A stretch of DNA of 50,770 bases, from the NCBI GenBank assembly GCA_029564765.1, contig JAKQPK010000059.1, positions 1 through 50,770 on the forward strand. Direction: 5' to 3'. Positions within the stretch are counted from its first letter, which is position 1. Each line of letters begins with the position of its first letter. The DNA is from Candidatus Omnitrophota bacterium (GTDB taxonomy: Bacteria > Omnitrophota > Gorgyraeia > Zapsychrales > Aceulaceae). Below, one piece after another: positions 8,819 to 19,075 of this stretch. Both the position numbers and the translations under genes were made by a program. A model generated the notes under the pieces. It saw only the letters and a list, made by a program, of their open reading frames with translations, made no database searches and had not been told where the DNA came from.

Positions 8819-9223
8819 TTATTTTTCTTGGTTTGTGGCAATGTTAATATTTTCGATCCCAAGATCGCGACAGATATCCCAAATCGCAAAGATCTGGTCC
8901 ATTGAGGCCCGTCTATCGACCTTGAGAAGGACCGTTTTTCTGTCGTATTTATCCTTTTCAAAGATGCTGCTTAATTTTTTCATTGTCACTATTTTATCGT
9001 TCAAGTATAAAATGTTTTCGCTTGTAACGGTGATGTTAATGATGTCTTCTTCAATGGCGCTGCTTGCCACGGCTTTTGGCAGATGCACGTTAATATGCGG
9101 ATCCGATACAAGAGGCGAAAAAAGTATAAAGAAAAAAAAGGTAAGAAAAACTATGTCCATGAGCGGCAGAATATGGATCATGTTGATATTCTGGATATGT
9201 GATAGTGATGATCGGAGCTTCAT
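8819..9223 (-). CDS. ExbD/TolR family biopolymer transport protein
   Basis: 134 aa. N-terminal IHILPLMDIVFLTFFFFIL TM helix with the conserved Asp. The periplasmic domain reads ..ITVTSENILYLNDK..VLLKVDRRASMDQIFAIWDICRDLG. Confidence 0.85.
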   Translation of the reverse strand: MKLRSSLSHIQNINMIHILPLMDIVFLTFFFFILFSPLVSDPHINVHLPKAVASSAIEEDIINITVTSENILYLNDKIVTMKKLSSIFEKDKYDRKTVLLKVDRRASMDQIFAIWDICRDLGIENINIATNQEK

Positions 9224-9237
9224 GAGTTCTTTTTCAA

Positions 9238-9873
9238 TTATAGTTGGCTTAAATATTCAACAAGTTCGTTCATGCTTTGCTCGATCGCGCTTAGCAGCAT
9301 GTTGATTCGATTGAGAAAATAATTGTAGAAGATATATGCGGGGATCGCAACAGCAAGCCCTGCAATGGTTGTGATGAGCGCTTGCCAGATACCTGCAGCT
9401 AAGTCGCTTGCGGCGACCGCAAGCATAGATGTTGCACGCGTTTGAATTGTGTGGAAGCTAAGCGCGAGGCCTGTCGCCGTTCCTAGAAAACCAAGTAAAG
9501 GTGCGATATGAGCGATAGTCAGCAAGATGGTGAGGCGTTGCTCGAGGATAGGGATCTCGGCTTGGCACGCATGGGCCATTACTTCTTTGATCTCTTCTTT
9601 GGGCGATCCAAATTTTAAAAGACCTGCCGCCAAGATCTTCGCTACCGGGGATCGGATACCTTCGCATAACGAGATAGCATCGGTGATCTTGTTTTCTTTG
9701 ATAAGCGCAAGAACTTTTCTGCGAATAACAGATGGGTTTTCTTTAAATGAGCAGAGAAAAAGAAATTTCTCGATAATGACCACCCAGGAGAGCAGTGAGC
9801 ACGCAAGAATGGGGATCATAAGAGGGCCGCCCGACAGAAGGAACTCCCAAGTTTTCATGTGCCAGATCTCCAT
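9238..9873 (-). CDS. MotA/TolQ/ExbB family proton-channel protein
   Basis: 211 aa with three TM helices. The C-terminal half is conserved (..IAPLLGFLGTATGL..AAGIWQALITTIAGLAVAIPAYIFYNYF). SD AAGGAG lies 5 nt before the ATG. Confidence 0.88.
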   Translation of the reverse strand: MEIWHMKTWEFLLSGGPLMIPILACSLLSWVVIIEKFLFLCSFKENPSVIRRKVLALIKENKITDAISLCEGIRSPVAKILAAGLLKFGSPKEEIKEVMAHACQAEIPILEQRLTILLTIAHIAPLLGFLGTATGLALSFHTIQTRATSMLAVAASDLAAGIWQALITTIAGLAVAIPAYIFYNYFLNRINMLLSAIEQSMNELVEYLSQL

Positions 9874-9892
9874 AGCGTCTCCTTATTTGATT

Positions 9893-12361
9893 TTATTGTT
9901 GTAGTTCAGCATTAATACGATCGATCCTTTCTTGGGCGAAAGCGCGTTCTTCGACCGGATATGACATGATCTTTTCGTACGATGTTCTTGCGCTGGCAAG
10001 ATCTTCTTTGTTCTCAAAAAGTCTTGCTGCGCGCAGGTAGGATTTAACGATCCATTTTATTTCAGTCGGATATAAATAAGGGATCTTTAAATACTCATCG
10101 ATCGCCTGTTTTGGCTTTCCTGAAAGCTCAAGAAGGTCAGCAATGGCAAACCTAATTTCGCAATCGCTGATCGTTCTAATATCTTGGTTCTGCTTCGCTT
10201 CCAGAGCCTTGTAGTAAGCCATGATCGCCTTATCTTTTTCATCAGAGCGCTGATAGACCTCTGCCATTTTAAGGTAAGCTTCCCGGGAGAATTCGGGAGA
10301 ATTCTTGATGATATTCTCATACGTTTCTACCGCGACCTGAGGTGAGAGTTGTTGGGCGAATGTATCGGCGATCGCAAGCTTTGCCTTGGCGTAAATGCTT
10401 TGGCCATGAAGAGGGGTGATTTGTTTAAAATATGTTAAAGCTTTATCATAATCTCCTTTTTTATAAAAAATATCGCCAAGAGCAAAGATCGCCTCAGCCC
10501 GGTCTGGATCGCTGAGATAGTCATTGATGACTTGTTCATAATAAAGAATCGCATTCTGGAAATCACGCGTTTGGGTGTAGTACTCACCTAGCCAAAGCAA
10601 AGCCTGAAGGGCGACCGCCGTTTTCGGATATTTGTATTGAATTAATTTAAATTCTTTTAATGCATCGGCAATCGCGCCTTTCTCGTAAAGATTCTTTGCG
10701 ATCCCAAATCTGACCTTTTGGGTTAATGTGATGTCATGCGGATAAACACGTTCGATCTTCCTAAAAGTTTTCATGGCTTCGTCATGCTCTTTCAGGTTTT
10801 GGCTGCACAGGGCCATGATGTAGTGCGCGTCTGGCTGAAGCTGATGATCTGCTGGAAGCTCGCGAATAAATTTTGTCATGCATTCCTTCGCAGCCAGCCA
10901 ATCCCCTTTGTTGAAGTGAGCGATCCCTAAATAATAGCCGGCTTCCGCAAGATAGCGGCTTTGAGGAAAGTTCTTTTGTAGGCTCTGAAAAGAAAGGATC
11001 GCGCTATTGACTCTTTCAAGCTTCAGCAGCGCTATGCCTTGGCGATATTGCGCGTAATCTGTGTAGGGCGTATCTGGATAATTTTGCAGGATCGTATCAT
11101 AGGCATTTAACGCCTGTTGAAATTGGCCCAAATCCTGATAAGCGTCCGCGATCTGCGTCAACGCGCTGACCTTGATGATCTTATTGGTCGTCGAGGAAAT
11201 GACAGATTGGAATGTTTCGATGGCCTTGGGCGCATTCCCATTCTTAAGATATGTCCACGCTAGGCCCAATCCTGCCTTCTCTATGATTGATGCAGCTGTG
11301 ATAAGCTTTGATGGATCGCTAAGGACTTTTTTATAGATTTCAATAGCATCATCATATCTTTCATTCATGTATAAAATATTTGCTTTACCAAGCAGGGCTT
11401 CATGCAGGCGCGTGCTTTGCGGATGGTCCGTGACGATCTTTTGATAAGTTTGAAGCGCTTTTTCAAGATCATTACTTTCGGCGTAGAGCGTCGCCAATCC
11501 GAACAGGGGTTCTTCCATGACGATTTTCTTTTCATCGCTGATCTTTTGGGCTTGCTCGAAAGCCTTCTGAGCTTCTGTAAATTGTTTTAGGCGCAGATGG
11601 CCCCAGGCGATACCAATGTAAGAAAGGATACGCGTGCGGTCGCTTTTCGTTTCCCGGTCAACGATACCGTAGCTTTTAATGGATTCTTGGAATTCTTGAA
11701 GATAATATTGCGATTCAGCAATGTAAAAGTGTGCCTGATCCAAGCGGTTCGATCGAGAGAATGTTTGGATGTAGCTTTGGAATGACTGAACAGCTTTTGA
11801 ATATTGCGTCAGATTGTATTTACATTCCCCGATCCGAAATGCCGCATCTTCTGCGAGAGCGTGCTGAGGATAGTTGATGAGAAAATTCTTAAATTTTTCT
11901 TCAGCTTCTTCAAATTGATTTAATTCAAAATCGATCCATGCTAGAGCGTAAGCCGCTTGAGGCGCGTAGTCCGAGCGAGGATGGAGATCAAGGATTTTTT
12001 TGTAGTGATTTCTTGCTTGTGGATAATCCTTGTTCTTTAAGTAGGTCTCCCCTAGCCAGAAAGAAGCCGCATCTTGATAATTAGGCAAGGATGACAGCTC
12101 CTGGAAAATACCAAACGCTTTTAAGAACTGTCCTTTAAAGAAATAACATTGTCCTAGGAGGAGTTTAGCTTCATTACGCTTGCTCGTCTGAGGATAGTTC
12201 TGGGTGAACTGTTCAATATAGCGGATCGCGACATCATAAAAACCATCTTCAAAGGCTTTTTGCGAGATGAGAAAAAGTTCTGTCTCGCTGGTTTGAGCTT
12301 GGCATGGAAAGGTAGAGATCAGAAAAAAAATAATTAATAAATAGATTATCTTATTTTTCAT
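9893..12361 (-). CDS. Secreted tetratricopeptide-repeat (TPR) protein, 822 aa
   Basis: Signal peptide MKNKIIYLLIIFFLISTFPCQAQ. After it, near-continuous TPR-like repeats (recurrent W/Y..G..Y...g.y..A...F pattern, YbgF/CpoB-like). Confidence 0.85.
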   Translation of the reverse strand: MKNKIIYLLIIFFLISTFPCQAQTSETELFLISQKAFEDGFYDVAIRYIEQFTQNYPQTSKRNEAKLLLGQCYFFKGQFLKAFGIFQELSSLPNYQDAASFWLGETYLKNKDYPQARNHYKKILDLHPRSDYAPQAAYALAWIDFELNQFEEAEEKFKNFLINYPQHALAEDAAFRIGECKYNLTQYSKAVQSFQSYIQTFSRSNRLDQAHFYIAESQYYLQEFQESIKSYGIVDRETKSDRTRILSYIGIAWGHLRLKQFTEAQKAFEQAQKISDEKKIVMEEPLFGLATLYAESNDLEKALQTYQKIVTDHPQSTRLHEALLGKANILYMNERYDDAIEIYKKVLSDPSKLITAASIIEKAGLGLAWTYLKNGNAPKAIETFQSVISSTTNKIIKVSALTQIADAYQDLGQFQQALNAYDTILQNYPDTPYTDYAQYRQGIALLKLERVNSAILSFQSLQKNFPQSRYLAEAGYYLGIAHFNKGDWLAAKECMTKFIRELPADHQLQPDAHYIMALCSQNLKEHDEAMKTFRKIERVYPHDITLTQKVRFGIAKNLYEKGAIADALKEFKLIQYKYPKTAVALQALLWLGEYYTQTRDFQNAILYYEQVINDYLSDPDRAEAIFALGDIFYKKGDYDKALTYFKQITPLHGQSIYAKAKLAIADTFAQQLSPQVAVETYENIIKNSPEFSREAYLKMAEVYQRSDEKDKAIMAYYKALEAKQNQDIRTISDCEIRFAIADLLELSGKPKQAIDEYLKIPYLYPTEIKWIVKSYLRAARLFENKEDLASARTSYEKIMSYPVEERAFAQERIDRINAELQQ

Positions 12362-12393
12362 GATGATTTATTATAGCAAGTTCGTCATCTTTT

Positions 12394-14280
12394 TCAATTT
12401 TCAGCAACAACGTCAGTTAATTCTGAAGAGGTGCTCGGTTCTTTAATGAGATCAGAAGCCAGGATGCGCATTAAGATAGGCAGGGGTTCATCCTTAGAGT
12501 AAGCTTTTGTCGCTTCGATGATCTTTTTTGCTGCCGCATGGCGATATCCTAGATTGTAGAGAGTGATAGCTTCCCCAAAGACGTCAATTTTGATATATTG
12601 ACGCGCTAGAATTCTTTTCAGAAAATTTGTTGGTGGATTTTGGTCTGAAATTTTTTTTAATGCCGCAAGATCGTCAGGTGTCAGCTGGATCGTTTTCAAG
12701 ATTTTATCTTGATCGATTTTTATGGCGGTTTTTTCATCCAAAAGTTCTTTGCGTAGAAATACAATAAAACTGCTATCGTAAAATGCCAGAACAAAAGAGG
12801 GGTTTTTCTGGAAAAACTGAATGAGGGCAAACGGTTTCTGACCTCTTTGCATTAAGATGATCGCAGCGAATTTATATTGCTGATCAGCGCTTTCCCACTC
12901 TTGTTCAGGGTTTTCGTATATTTTCTGATGCAGAAGGAACCGTGCCATATTGGTCTGTCTTCCGTCATTAATAGGACGAAGTTTTGGGTAAGATGACCAT
13001 ATAAGGTAACCGCCAACAATGTCATCGTTGAAGACATTGCCAGAGATATTATTTTGCTCTAGGAATTGAACTGTTTTTACTGGGTCTATCCAGTCAATTT
13101 TTTCAAGAAAATAAAAGCGCTTTTGATGATCTCGGTAGACAGAAAGATGGAAGTTTTGATAAATGATGGGAACATAAAGCAAGATCAATGCTATAAGCAA
13201 TCCGCTGCAGATGAAGGGAAATATTTTTAGGCGTTTTATTTTATCTTTCAAGTTTAAGGCGCAGAACATTTCGATCAAAAGATACGACTGCAGAAGAATA
13301 GCGAAGTCGCTGCCCCGTACGGCATACATAAAGAAAAAACAAGAGACTGCATAAATGAGGGTGAAATAAAATTTTCTTTCAGAGTGAATACGCCATAGCA
13401 GGATCAGGTTGCTGATTAATATGACATGAAGCCACATATATTTTACATGAAAGATATTCCCTGGGGATTGTAGCTCCATGATGATGTTGTCAAGGACCTT
13501 AAAGTGGATGTATGTTGGATCTAAGAAGACCCTCCAGTTGTGGACAAGAGCACCAAAACCCATAGGGTTAATGCCGAACATAAGCCAGTAGAGCAATGTA
13601 AAGATGATTAGTTCTTTTATTTTTACTAAGGCTGCACCTCGCTTAAGCGTGTCTTTGTAGTGTCTTATGTAGCTCATTGCGCTTGTAAGTATAGAAATTC
13701 CCAAAAGGCTAGTTGCGTAGACAAAGCTTCCAAAATGAAGATTTGACCACAAAACTCCTATTGGTAGTAAGAAGAATAATTTGTATCGTTTTGGATCTCG
13801 GTTGTATGAAAACAAAATAATAATCAAAATTTGGATAAAGACAAAATTAAATAATAGCGGCCTCAAAAGACAACGACTTTCAAGTCCTGGAAGCACAAGA
13901 AAAATGAGCCATATAAGCATCATAAAGGGAAGTTTTTTTCTGCCATAGGCAAAAAGCAAGGCAATTGTTGCGCAATAGATCAAGAAGCGGAATAGTTTTA
14001 GTCCAGGAATTCCTGCAAATTGATAGACCTTAAAAAGTGTCAAGCTCCCCAGCCATTGTGAATACATTTGAGTGAAAGGTTGGAGTTTTTCGCTAGGATC
14101 AACAGGGAAAGGATCTTTGATGGGGATCGTTTTGTTTTCGTTGATCCATTCCCCTGCTTTTAAATGCCACCAAATATCTTCTGTTTCGATCGGCTGATAG
14201 GTGCGGGAGAACAATGCCGCAATTACCAGGATCAGGCAGGCGATTTTTGTAATGATCTTGATCGTAGGATTTATTTCCAT
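12394..14280 (-). CDS. Polytopic membrane protein (about 11-12 TM) with soluble C-terminal domain; possibly a GT-C-like glycosyltransferase
   Basis: 628 aa. The N-terminal 400 aa are strongly hydrophobic, with a first-loop motif [19 protein letters not shown]. The C-terminal ~200 aa are hydrophilic. The function assignment is an architecture-based guess only. Confidence 0.5.
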   Translation of the reverse strand: MEINPTIKIITKIACLILVIAALFSRTYQPIETEDIWWHLKAGEWINENKTIPIKDPFPVDPSEKLQPFTQMYSQWLGSLTLFKVYQFAGIPGLKLFRFLIYCATIALLFAYGRKKLPFMMLIWLIFLVLPGLESRCLLRPLLFNFVFIQILIIILFSYNRDPKRYKLFFLLPIGVLWSNLHFGSFVYATSLLGISILTSAMSYIRHYKDTLKRGAALVKIKELIIFTLLYWLMFGINPMGFGALVHNWRVFLDPTYIHFKVLDNIIMELQSPGNIFHVKYMWLHVILISNLILLWRIHSERKFYFTLIYAVSCFFFMYAVRGSDFAILLQSYLLIEMFCALNLKDKIKRLKIFPFICSGLLIALILLYVPIIYQNFHLSVYRDHQKRFYFLEKIDWIDPVKTVQFLEQNNISGNVFNDDIVGGYLIWSSYPKLRPINDGRQTNMARFLLHQKIYENPEQEWESADQQYKFAAIILMQRGQKPFALIQFFQKNPSFVLAFYDSSFIVFLRKELLDEKTAIKIDQDKILKTIQLTPDDLAALKKISDQNPPTNFLKRILARQYIKIDVFGEAITLYNLGYRHAAAKKIIEATKAYSKDEPLPILMRILASDLIKEPSTSSELTDVVAEN

Positions 14281-17060
14281 ACGTACGGCCTCAGGTATTC
14301 TCCTGTATATGATCTTCGGCAGCGCACAAGTTCTTCGGGGCTTCCAGCGAAAACAACCTCTCCACCCTTATCTCCACCCTCTGGCCCAAGATCGATGATA
14401 TGATCGGCGTTCTTGATGACTTCCAGGTTGTGTTCGATGACCAGGACCGTGTTGCCTTTGTCAACAAGCTGCTGCAGGACCGCAAGGAGCTTGTCGACGT
14501 CTGCAAAATGAAGGCCTGTCGTTGGCTCATCGAGGATGTAGAGAGTTTTGCCAGTCGCGAATTTGCATAATTCGCTGGCGAGCTTGACACGCTGCGCTTC
14601 TCCGCCAGATAGCGTTGTGGCCGCCTGACCAAGCTTGATATATCCTAGGCCAACTTCATCAAGCGTTCTCAAGGTTTTTGTGATGCGTGGAATATTCTCA
14701 AAAAGATTCAGCGCTTCTTCCACGGACATGTTCAAAACATCAGAAATATTCTTTCCTTTGTAACGGATCTCCAACGTCTGCTGAGTAAAGCGCGCGCCAT
14801 GACAGACTTCGCACTCAACATAAACATCCGGCAAGAAATGCATTTCGATCTTTTTTATACCATCACCGCCGCATGCTTCACAGCGTCCACCCTTAACGTT
14901 GAAACTAAAGCGACCAGGCTTGTATCCGCGCATTTTTGCGTCCGGAAGCTGGCTGAATAGATCGCGGATAGGGCCAAACACATCCGTATAAGTTGCTGGA
15001 TTTGATCTTGGTGTTCGACCGATCGGTGACTGGTCAACAACAATGACTTTATCAATGTGTTCGATCCCGGTAACTTTTTTGTGTTGCCCAGGCTTTTCTT
15101 TGGAGTTGTAAAGTTTCTGCGCCAGCGCGTTGTATAGGATGTCTGTGATCAGGGTTGATTTTCCTGACCCGGAAACGCCTGTCACGCAAATAAAGGTTCC
15201 TAATGGAAAAGTCACGTCTATATTTTTCAGATTATGTTCACAAGCTCCAACGATCTTGAGCTTTTGGGTATTGGTGGCCAGCCGTCTTTTTTCAGGCTTT
15301 TTGATCTTGAACTGCCCGCTGAGATAAAGCCCAGTGAGCGATTTTTTGGAGCGCAAAAGCCCAGGAACATCTCCCGCGTAAATTGTTTGTCCGCCGTGCT
15401 CGCCGGCTCCAGGGCCAAGATCGATCACATAGTCTGCCTCGCGTATCGTTGCTTCGTCATGTTCAACAACGATAAGCGTGTTGCCTAGATCTCGCAGGGA
15501 TCGCAAGGTTTTAAGAAGCATCATGTTGTCTTTTTGGTGAAGGCCGATACTTGGCTCGTCAAGAATATAAATGACACCAACAAGGCCAGACCCAACCTGC
15601 GTGGCAAGGCGGATGCGTTCTGCTTCCCCGCCCGAAAGCGTAGAGCTTTTGCGATCAAGCGTGAGATAGCCCAGGCCGACATTGATGCAAAAATCCAAAC
15701 GGCGCAAGATCTCTTTTAAGATCTGCTCTGCGATGATCTTCTGGGTCTCGGATAATTCAAGGTTTTCAAAGAATTTTCGCGATTCAACGATCGACATGCG
15801 TGTGATATCAAAAATATTCTTTTCATGGATGCGGATCGCGAGCGATTCTTTTTTTAGTCTTGCGCCTTTGCATTCGGGACATGGTGAGACCGATAAAAAG
15901 GCTGATATTTCTGATTTAAGCCAATCACTGTCGGTTTCACGGAACATGCGCTCAAGGTATGCTACGACGCCTTCAAAACGCCTTCCCCAGATCTCATCTT
16001 CAGAGCCATGCAAGACGATATTCTTGAATTTTTTATCCAATTTCTGGTACGGCAGATACGGATCGACCTTGTAAAGATTGGCGATTTCCTTTAAAACGGC
16101 TCGATAGTACATCATGTAGCCGCGTTTTCCTTTGTGCCATGGCGCGATCGCATTGATCCAGGGCTTGGTGGCGTCTGGAACGAGGAAATTTGTGTCGATC
16201 TCCATTTTTGTTCCTAGACCGTTACAACGAGGACACGCGCCGTACGGCGTGTTGAACGAGAAAATACGTGGTTCGATCTCTTTTAAGTTTATGCCGCAAT
16301 CAACGCAGGCGTATTTTTCAGAGAACACTTTGTCTTTTTCGTTTTCCGAAGCAATGATGACAACGCCCTTACCCATTGTTAATGCTGTTTCTAAGGAGTC
16401 AACTAGGCGTTTTTTGATCGATGGCGCCACATGCAAACGGTCGACAACGATCTCAATGCTGTGGACTTTGTATTTATCGAGCTTAATTTCGTTTTGCACA
16501 TCAAAGATCTTTCCATCAATGCGTACGCGGGCAAATCCTGCCTTGGTTATTTGATCGGATAAATGACGATACTCTCCTTTGCGGCCGCTGATGAATGGAG
16601 CTAAGATGACGATGTTCTTTTCAGCCTGCTGAGCGAATATCTGTTGCGCGATCTCTTCGACGGTTTGGCGCTCGATCTTTTTATTGCATGATGGGCAATA
16701 AGCTGTTCCTGTGCGGGCAAAAAGAAGGCGTAAATAATCGTAAATTTCTGTTTGGGTCGCGACGGTCGATCGCGGGTTTCGGCTCGTTGTCTTTTGTTCG
16801 ATAGCAATGGTCGGTGACAGGCCTTCAATGGATTCGACGCTGGGTTTTTGAAGCTGCTCCAAGAACTGCCGGGCGTACGCTGAGAGGCTTTCGACATAGC
16901 GGCGCTGTCCTTCCGCGTAAATAGTGTCAAATGCGAGCGAAGATTTTCCCGAGCCGCTTAATCCTGTGACGACAACGAGTTTGTCCCGAGGGATCTTTAG
17001 ATGAAGGTCCTTGAGGTTGTGCTCTTTGGCACCGCGGATGTGAATATAATTATTTTTCAT
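14271..17060 (-). CDS. uvrA: Excinuclease ABC subunit A
   Basis: 929 aa. Two ABC ATPase modules ([23 protein letters not shown].., [10 protein letters not shown]..), LSGGE signatures and Cys4 zinc modules. Confidence 0.97.
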   Translation of the reverse strand: MKNNYIHIRGAKEHNLKDLHLKIPRDKLVVVTGLSGSGKSSLAFDTIYAEGQRRYVESLSAYARQFLEQLQKPSVESIEGLSPTIAIEQKTTSRNPRSTVATQTEIYDYLRLLFARTGTAYCPSCNKKIERQTVEEIAQQIFAQQAEKNIVILAPFISGRKGEYRHLSDQITKAGFARVRIDGKIFDVQNEIKLDKYKVHSIEIVVDRLHVAPSIKKRLVDSLETALTMGKGVVIIASENEKDKVFSEKYACVDCGINLKEIEPRIFSFNTPYGACPRCNGLGTKMEIDTNFLVPDATKPWINAIAPWHKGKRGYMMYYRAVLKEIANLYKVDPYLPYQKLDKKFKNIVLHGSEDEIWGRRFEGVVAYLERMFRETDSDWLKSEISAFLSVSPCPECKGARLKKESLAIRIHEKNIFDITRMSIVESRKFFENLELSETQKIIAEQILKEILRRLDFCINVGLGYLTLDRKSSTLSGGEAERIRLATQVGSGLVGVIYILDEPSIGLHQKDNMMLLKTLRSLRDLGNTLIVVEHDEATIREADYVIDLGPGAGEHGGQTIYAGDVPGLLRSKKSLTGLYLSGQFKIKKPEKRRLATNTQKLKIVGACEHNLKNIDVTFPLGTFICVTGVSGSGKSTLITDILYNALAQKLYNSKEKPGQHKKVTGIEHIDKVIVVDQSPIGRTPRSNPATYTDVFGPIRDLFSQLPDAKMRGYKPGRFSFNVKGGRCEACGGDGIKKIEMHFLPDVYVECEVCHGARFTQQTLEIRYKGKNISDVLNMSVEEALNLFENIPRITKTLRTLDEVGLGYIKLGQAATTLSGGEAQRVKLASELCKFATGKTLYILDEPTTGLHFADVDKLLAVLQQLVDKGNTVLVIEHNLEVIKNADHIIDLGPEGGDKGGEVVFAGSPEELVRCRRSYTGEYLRPYVWK

Positions 17061-17094
17061 GAGTGGGTCTTGGTCAGGATCATCTGATAAGGAT

Positions 17095-17129
17095 AAACAG
17101 CCCCTACGTTGGATATGTAGGGGCTGTTT
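17095..17129 (-). terminator. Stem-loop after the small basic-protein gene (candidate intrinsic terminator)
   Basis: AAACAGCCCCTAC (17095-17107) pairs with GTAGGGGCTGTTT (17117-17129) around a 9-nt loop. The stem is 13 bp and GC-rich in its core. It is followed on the minus strand by TTTATCC, a short T tract. Confidence 0.5.
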
Positions 17130-17141
17130 ATGATAGAACGA

Positions 17142-17387
17142 TTACTTCTTTTTCTTCTTTTTTTGTCCGCCGCGTACCATTTTGGCGCAGGACACGTCTC
17201 CTTGCTTATCGAGAAAATAGAGACAGCCAGCTTCTTTTTTGATACCGACTTTAGCAACTTTTTTAGGTTTACCACCTTTTTTGTTGCCACGAGCCATGAG
17301 GGCGCAAGAGACATCTCCTTGTTTATCGATAAAATAGAGATAACCTTTTTCTCTTTTAACGCCTACTTTTGCGATTTTCTTAGCCAT
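17142..17387 (-). CDS. Small, very basic protein made of two tandem ~38-aa repeats (function unknown)
   Basis: 81 aa from ATG 17387, which has the strong SD AAGGAGGTG at 17396-17404. The track ORF start at 17399 is GTG. Repeat 1: IAKVGVKREKGYLYFIDKQGDVSCALMARG. Repeat 2: VAKVGIKKEAGCLYFLDKQGDVSCAKMVRG. The tail is poly-Lys. Confidence 0.65.
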   Translation of the reverse strand: MAKKIAKVGVKREKGYLYFIDKQGDVSCALMARGNKKGGKPKKVAKVGIKKEAGCLYFLDKQGDVSCAKMVRGGQKKKKKK

Positions 17388-17405
17388 AATCTTTGTCACC
17401 TCCTT

Positions 17406-18227
17406 TCATGTGCCAATTTTTACTGATTGAAAATATTGCTTGAGCGTTTGTAGCGCTGAAAGAACCGCCAAATAACTGGTCTTTGGATTGTCCGGACACG
17501 GGAGATTGTGCGTGTGAGTTGTTAAACTTCCGAACTTCCCTTCGACCGTGATTTCGTGGGAGTTGGTTTTAAAATGAGGAGACGTGATGATACGCACTCG
17601 AATTTTATCTCTCGCTCCTGAAGCTAATGCCAGCGCGGCCGCGACGTTGATATTACGCGGGAATAATACGATCGAGCGATCAACGCTTCCCTGAAAGATC
17701 ACAGTTTCTTTCTTGATCTTATTGATAAAGATTCTTTTGTGAGTTAGATATTGTGTTTGATTCAGGCTTGTTGGAGGCTTGCGAGTTGTCAGGCTGATAC
17801 GTGAAATATGATCCGCGCCAACAGCCTTGATCGTGTCGAGCCCAGCGATCGCGCCTGAAGGAATGAGAACGGCCACTGAGTTCTTTTCCGCGATCTGAAA
17901 CAAAGATGGGATGTTCAGGACCTTTCCAACGCTCATGATCAGGATTCCCTTGCCTGCGGTAACGACCTGATGGATGATCTTCTCCGTTTCGTTCGACGCT
18001 ATTGCTTCCACAATAAAGTCAGAGGAAGCGATCAAAGCGGAAAGAGATCTTTTAATAAGCGCGGGTTTTAGTCTTAAAGAATGCGCAAGGGCGATCGGTT
18101 TTTCAGGCGCAAGGTCGTAAAGCCCCGAAATAACGCATTGATCCTTTAGATCGTGTTGGACGCTTTTGGCAAGACGGGAGCCGATCGCACCGCAACCAAT
18201 AAAACCAATTTTTAATTTTTGTTTCAC
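17406..18227 (-). CDS. nadX: L-aspartate dehydrogenase (NadX family)
   Basis: 273 aa with a GTG start. Rossmann motif IGFIGCGAIGS. Motifs shared with Thermotoga NadX as I recall it: PSGAIAGLD, TRKPPTSL, FQGSV..LFPRNINVAAAL, CPDNPKTSYLAVLS. Confidence 0.8.
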   Translation of the reverse strand: MKQKLKIGFIGCGAIGSRLAKSVQHDLKDQCVISGLYDLAPEKPIALAHSLRLKPALIKRSLSALIASSDFIVEAIASNETEKIIHQVVTAGKGILIMSVGKVLNIPSLFQIAEKNSVAVLIPSGAIAGLDTIKAVGADHISRISLTTRKPPTSLNQTQYLTHKRIFINKIKKETVIFQGSVDRSIVLFPRNINVAAALALASGARDKIRVRIITSPHFKTNSHEITVEGKFGSLTTHTHNLPCPDNPKTSYLAVLSALQTLKQYFQSVKIGT

Positions 18228-18229
18228 AG

Positions 18230-19075
18230 TTATGCTCGAACCTGAATATTATCGATAAGACGTGTCTTACCGAGAAAAACCGCTAAGGCGATGATCACGT
18301 GACCTTTGATCGTTCTTAAAGGAACTAGGGTTTTCGCATCCACGCATTCAATGTAATCCACGCGTGCTAACGTATTTTTTTTGATCTGCGCGTTAATTTT
18401 TTGCTTGATGGTCCCCGATCGCCTCTCTCCGGCTTGGATCAGTTTCTTGGCCATTCGCAGCGATCGATAAAGCGCCTGAGCCTGATAACGCTCAGGATCG
18501 GACAAGTAGCTGTTGCGCGAACTCATGGCTAACCCAGATGGTTCGCGAACAGTGGCGATGATCTTGACGCGTGTCGGCCAGTTCAGATCATCGATCATCT
18601 GAGCGATGATCACGGCTTGCTGCGCGTCTTTTTGTCCAAGGTACAAGACATCCGGGTTAATGATATTAAGCAATTTTGTGACGATCGTTGTTACGCCATC
18701 AAAATGGCCTGGACGTCGAGGGCCGCAGAGATGATCCGCCAAAGTACGCACATGAACATATGTCAAATAGCCCGTCGGATACATTGTCTTTACCGACGGA
18801 TAAAATATTATATCAACTTTTTCTTTTTTTGCCAACATTTCGTCATGTTTTTTATTGCGAGGATATCGTCGGAAATCTTCTGCGGGGCCGAATTGTTTCG
18901 GGTTGACAAAAATACTTAAGATACATAGATTGTTTTCCTTGCGGCATTGGCGCAAGAGCGCCGCGTGGCCTGCGTGTAGATAACCCATCGTTGGAACAAA
19001 GCCGATCTTTTTTCCCTGGCGCTTAGCTAAGGAAACGAGCTCATGCATTTGGTGGATCGAGGTGATCGTTTTCAT
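18230..19075 (-). CDS. panC: Pantoate--beta-alanine ligase
   Basis: GFVPTMGYLHAGHAALL (HIGH-type motif), ..FVNPKQF.., ..MSSRN... Start taken at ATG 19075, which forms ATGA with the folK stop. The track ORF begins 24 nt further upstream. Confidence 0.93.
   Translation of the reverse strand: MKTITSIHQMHELVSLAKRQGKKIGFVPTMGYLHAGHAALLRQCRKENNLCILSIFVNPKQFGPAEDFRRYPRNKKHDEMLAKKEKVDIIFYPSVKTMYPTGYLTYVHVRTLADHLCGPRRPGHFDGVTTIVTKLLNIINPDVLYLGQKDAQQAVIIAQMIDDLNWPTRVKIIATVREPSGLAMSSRNSYLSDPERYQAQALYRSLRMAKKLIQAGERRSGTIKQKINAQIKKNTLARVDYIECVDAKTLVPLRTIKGHVIIALAVFLGKTRLIDNIQVRA

Noticed and set aside
8815-8961. Long N-terminal extension of the TolA/TonB-position ORF (track start 8961).
   Set aside because: It would overlap exbD by 143 nt in another frame. 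The internal ATG at 8814 lies 4 nt after the exbD stop and starts right before the TM anchor.
8808-9305. 165-aa plus-strand ORF across exbD.
   Set aside because: It is antisense to a clear ExbD/TolR gene. Its hydrophobic look is the mirror image of the TM-rich sense frame.
17095-17129. The hairpin as a LexA/SOS operator upstream of uvrA.
   Set aside because: The arms read ACAG...CTGT in a 13-bp GC-rich stem. This is not the CTGT-N8-ACAG type of box. It is better explained as a terminator for the upstream operon.
17057-17314. 85-aa minus-strand ORF in an alternative frame over the small basic-protein gene, running into the hairpin and the uvrA start.
   Set aside because: It has no SD and spans the terminator hairpin. 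The other frame shows the internal protein repeat and a strong SD.
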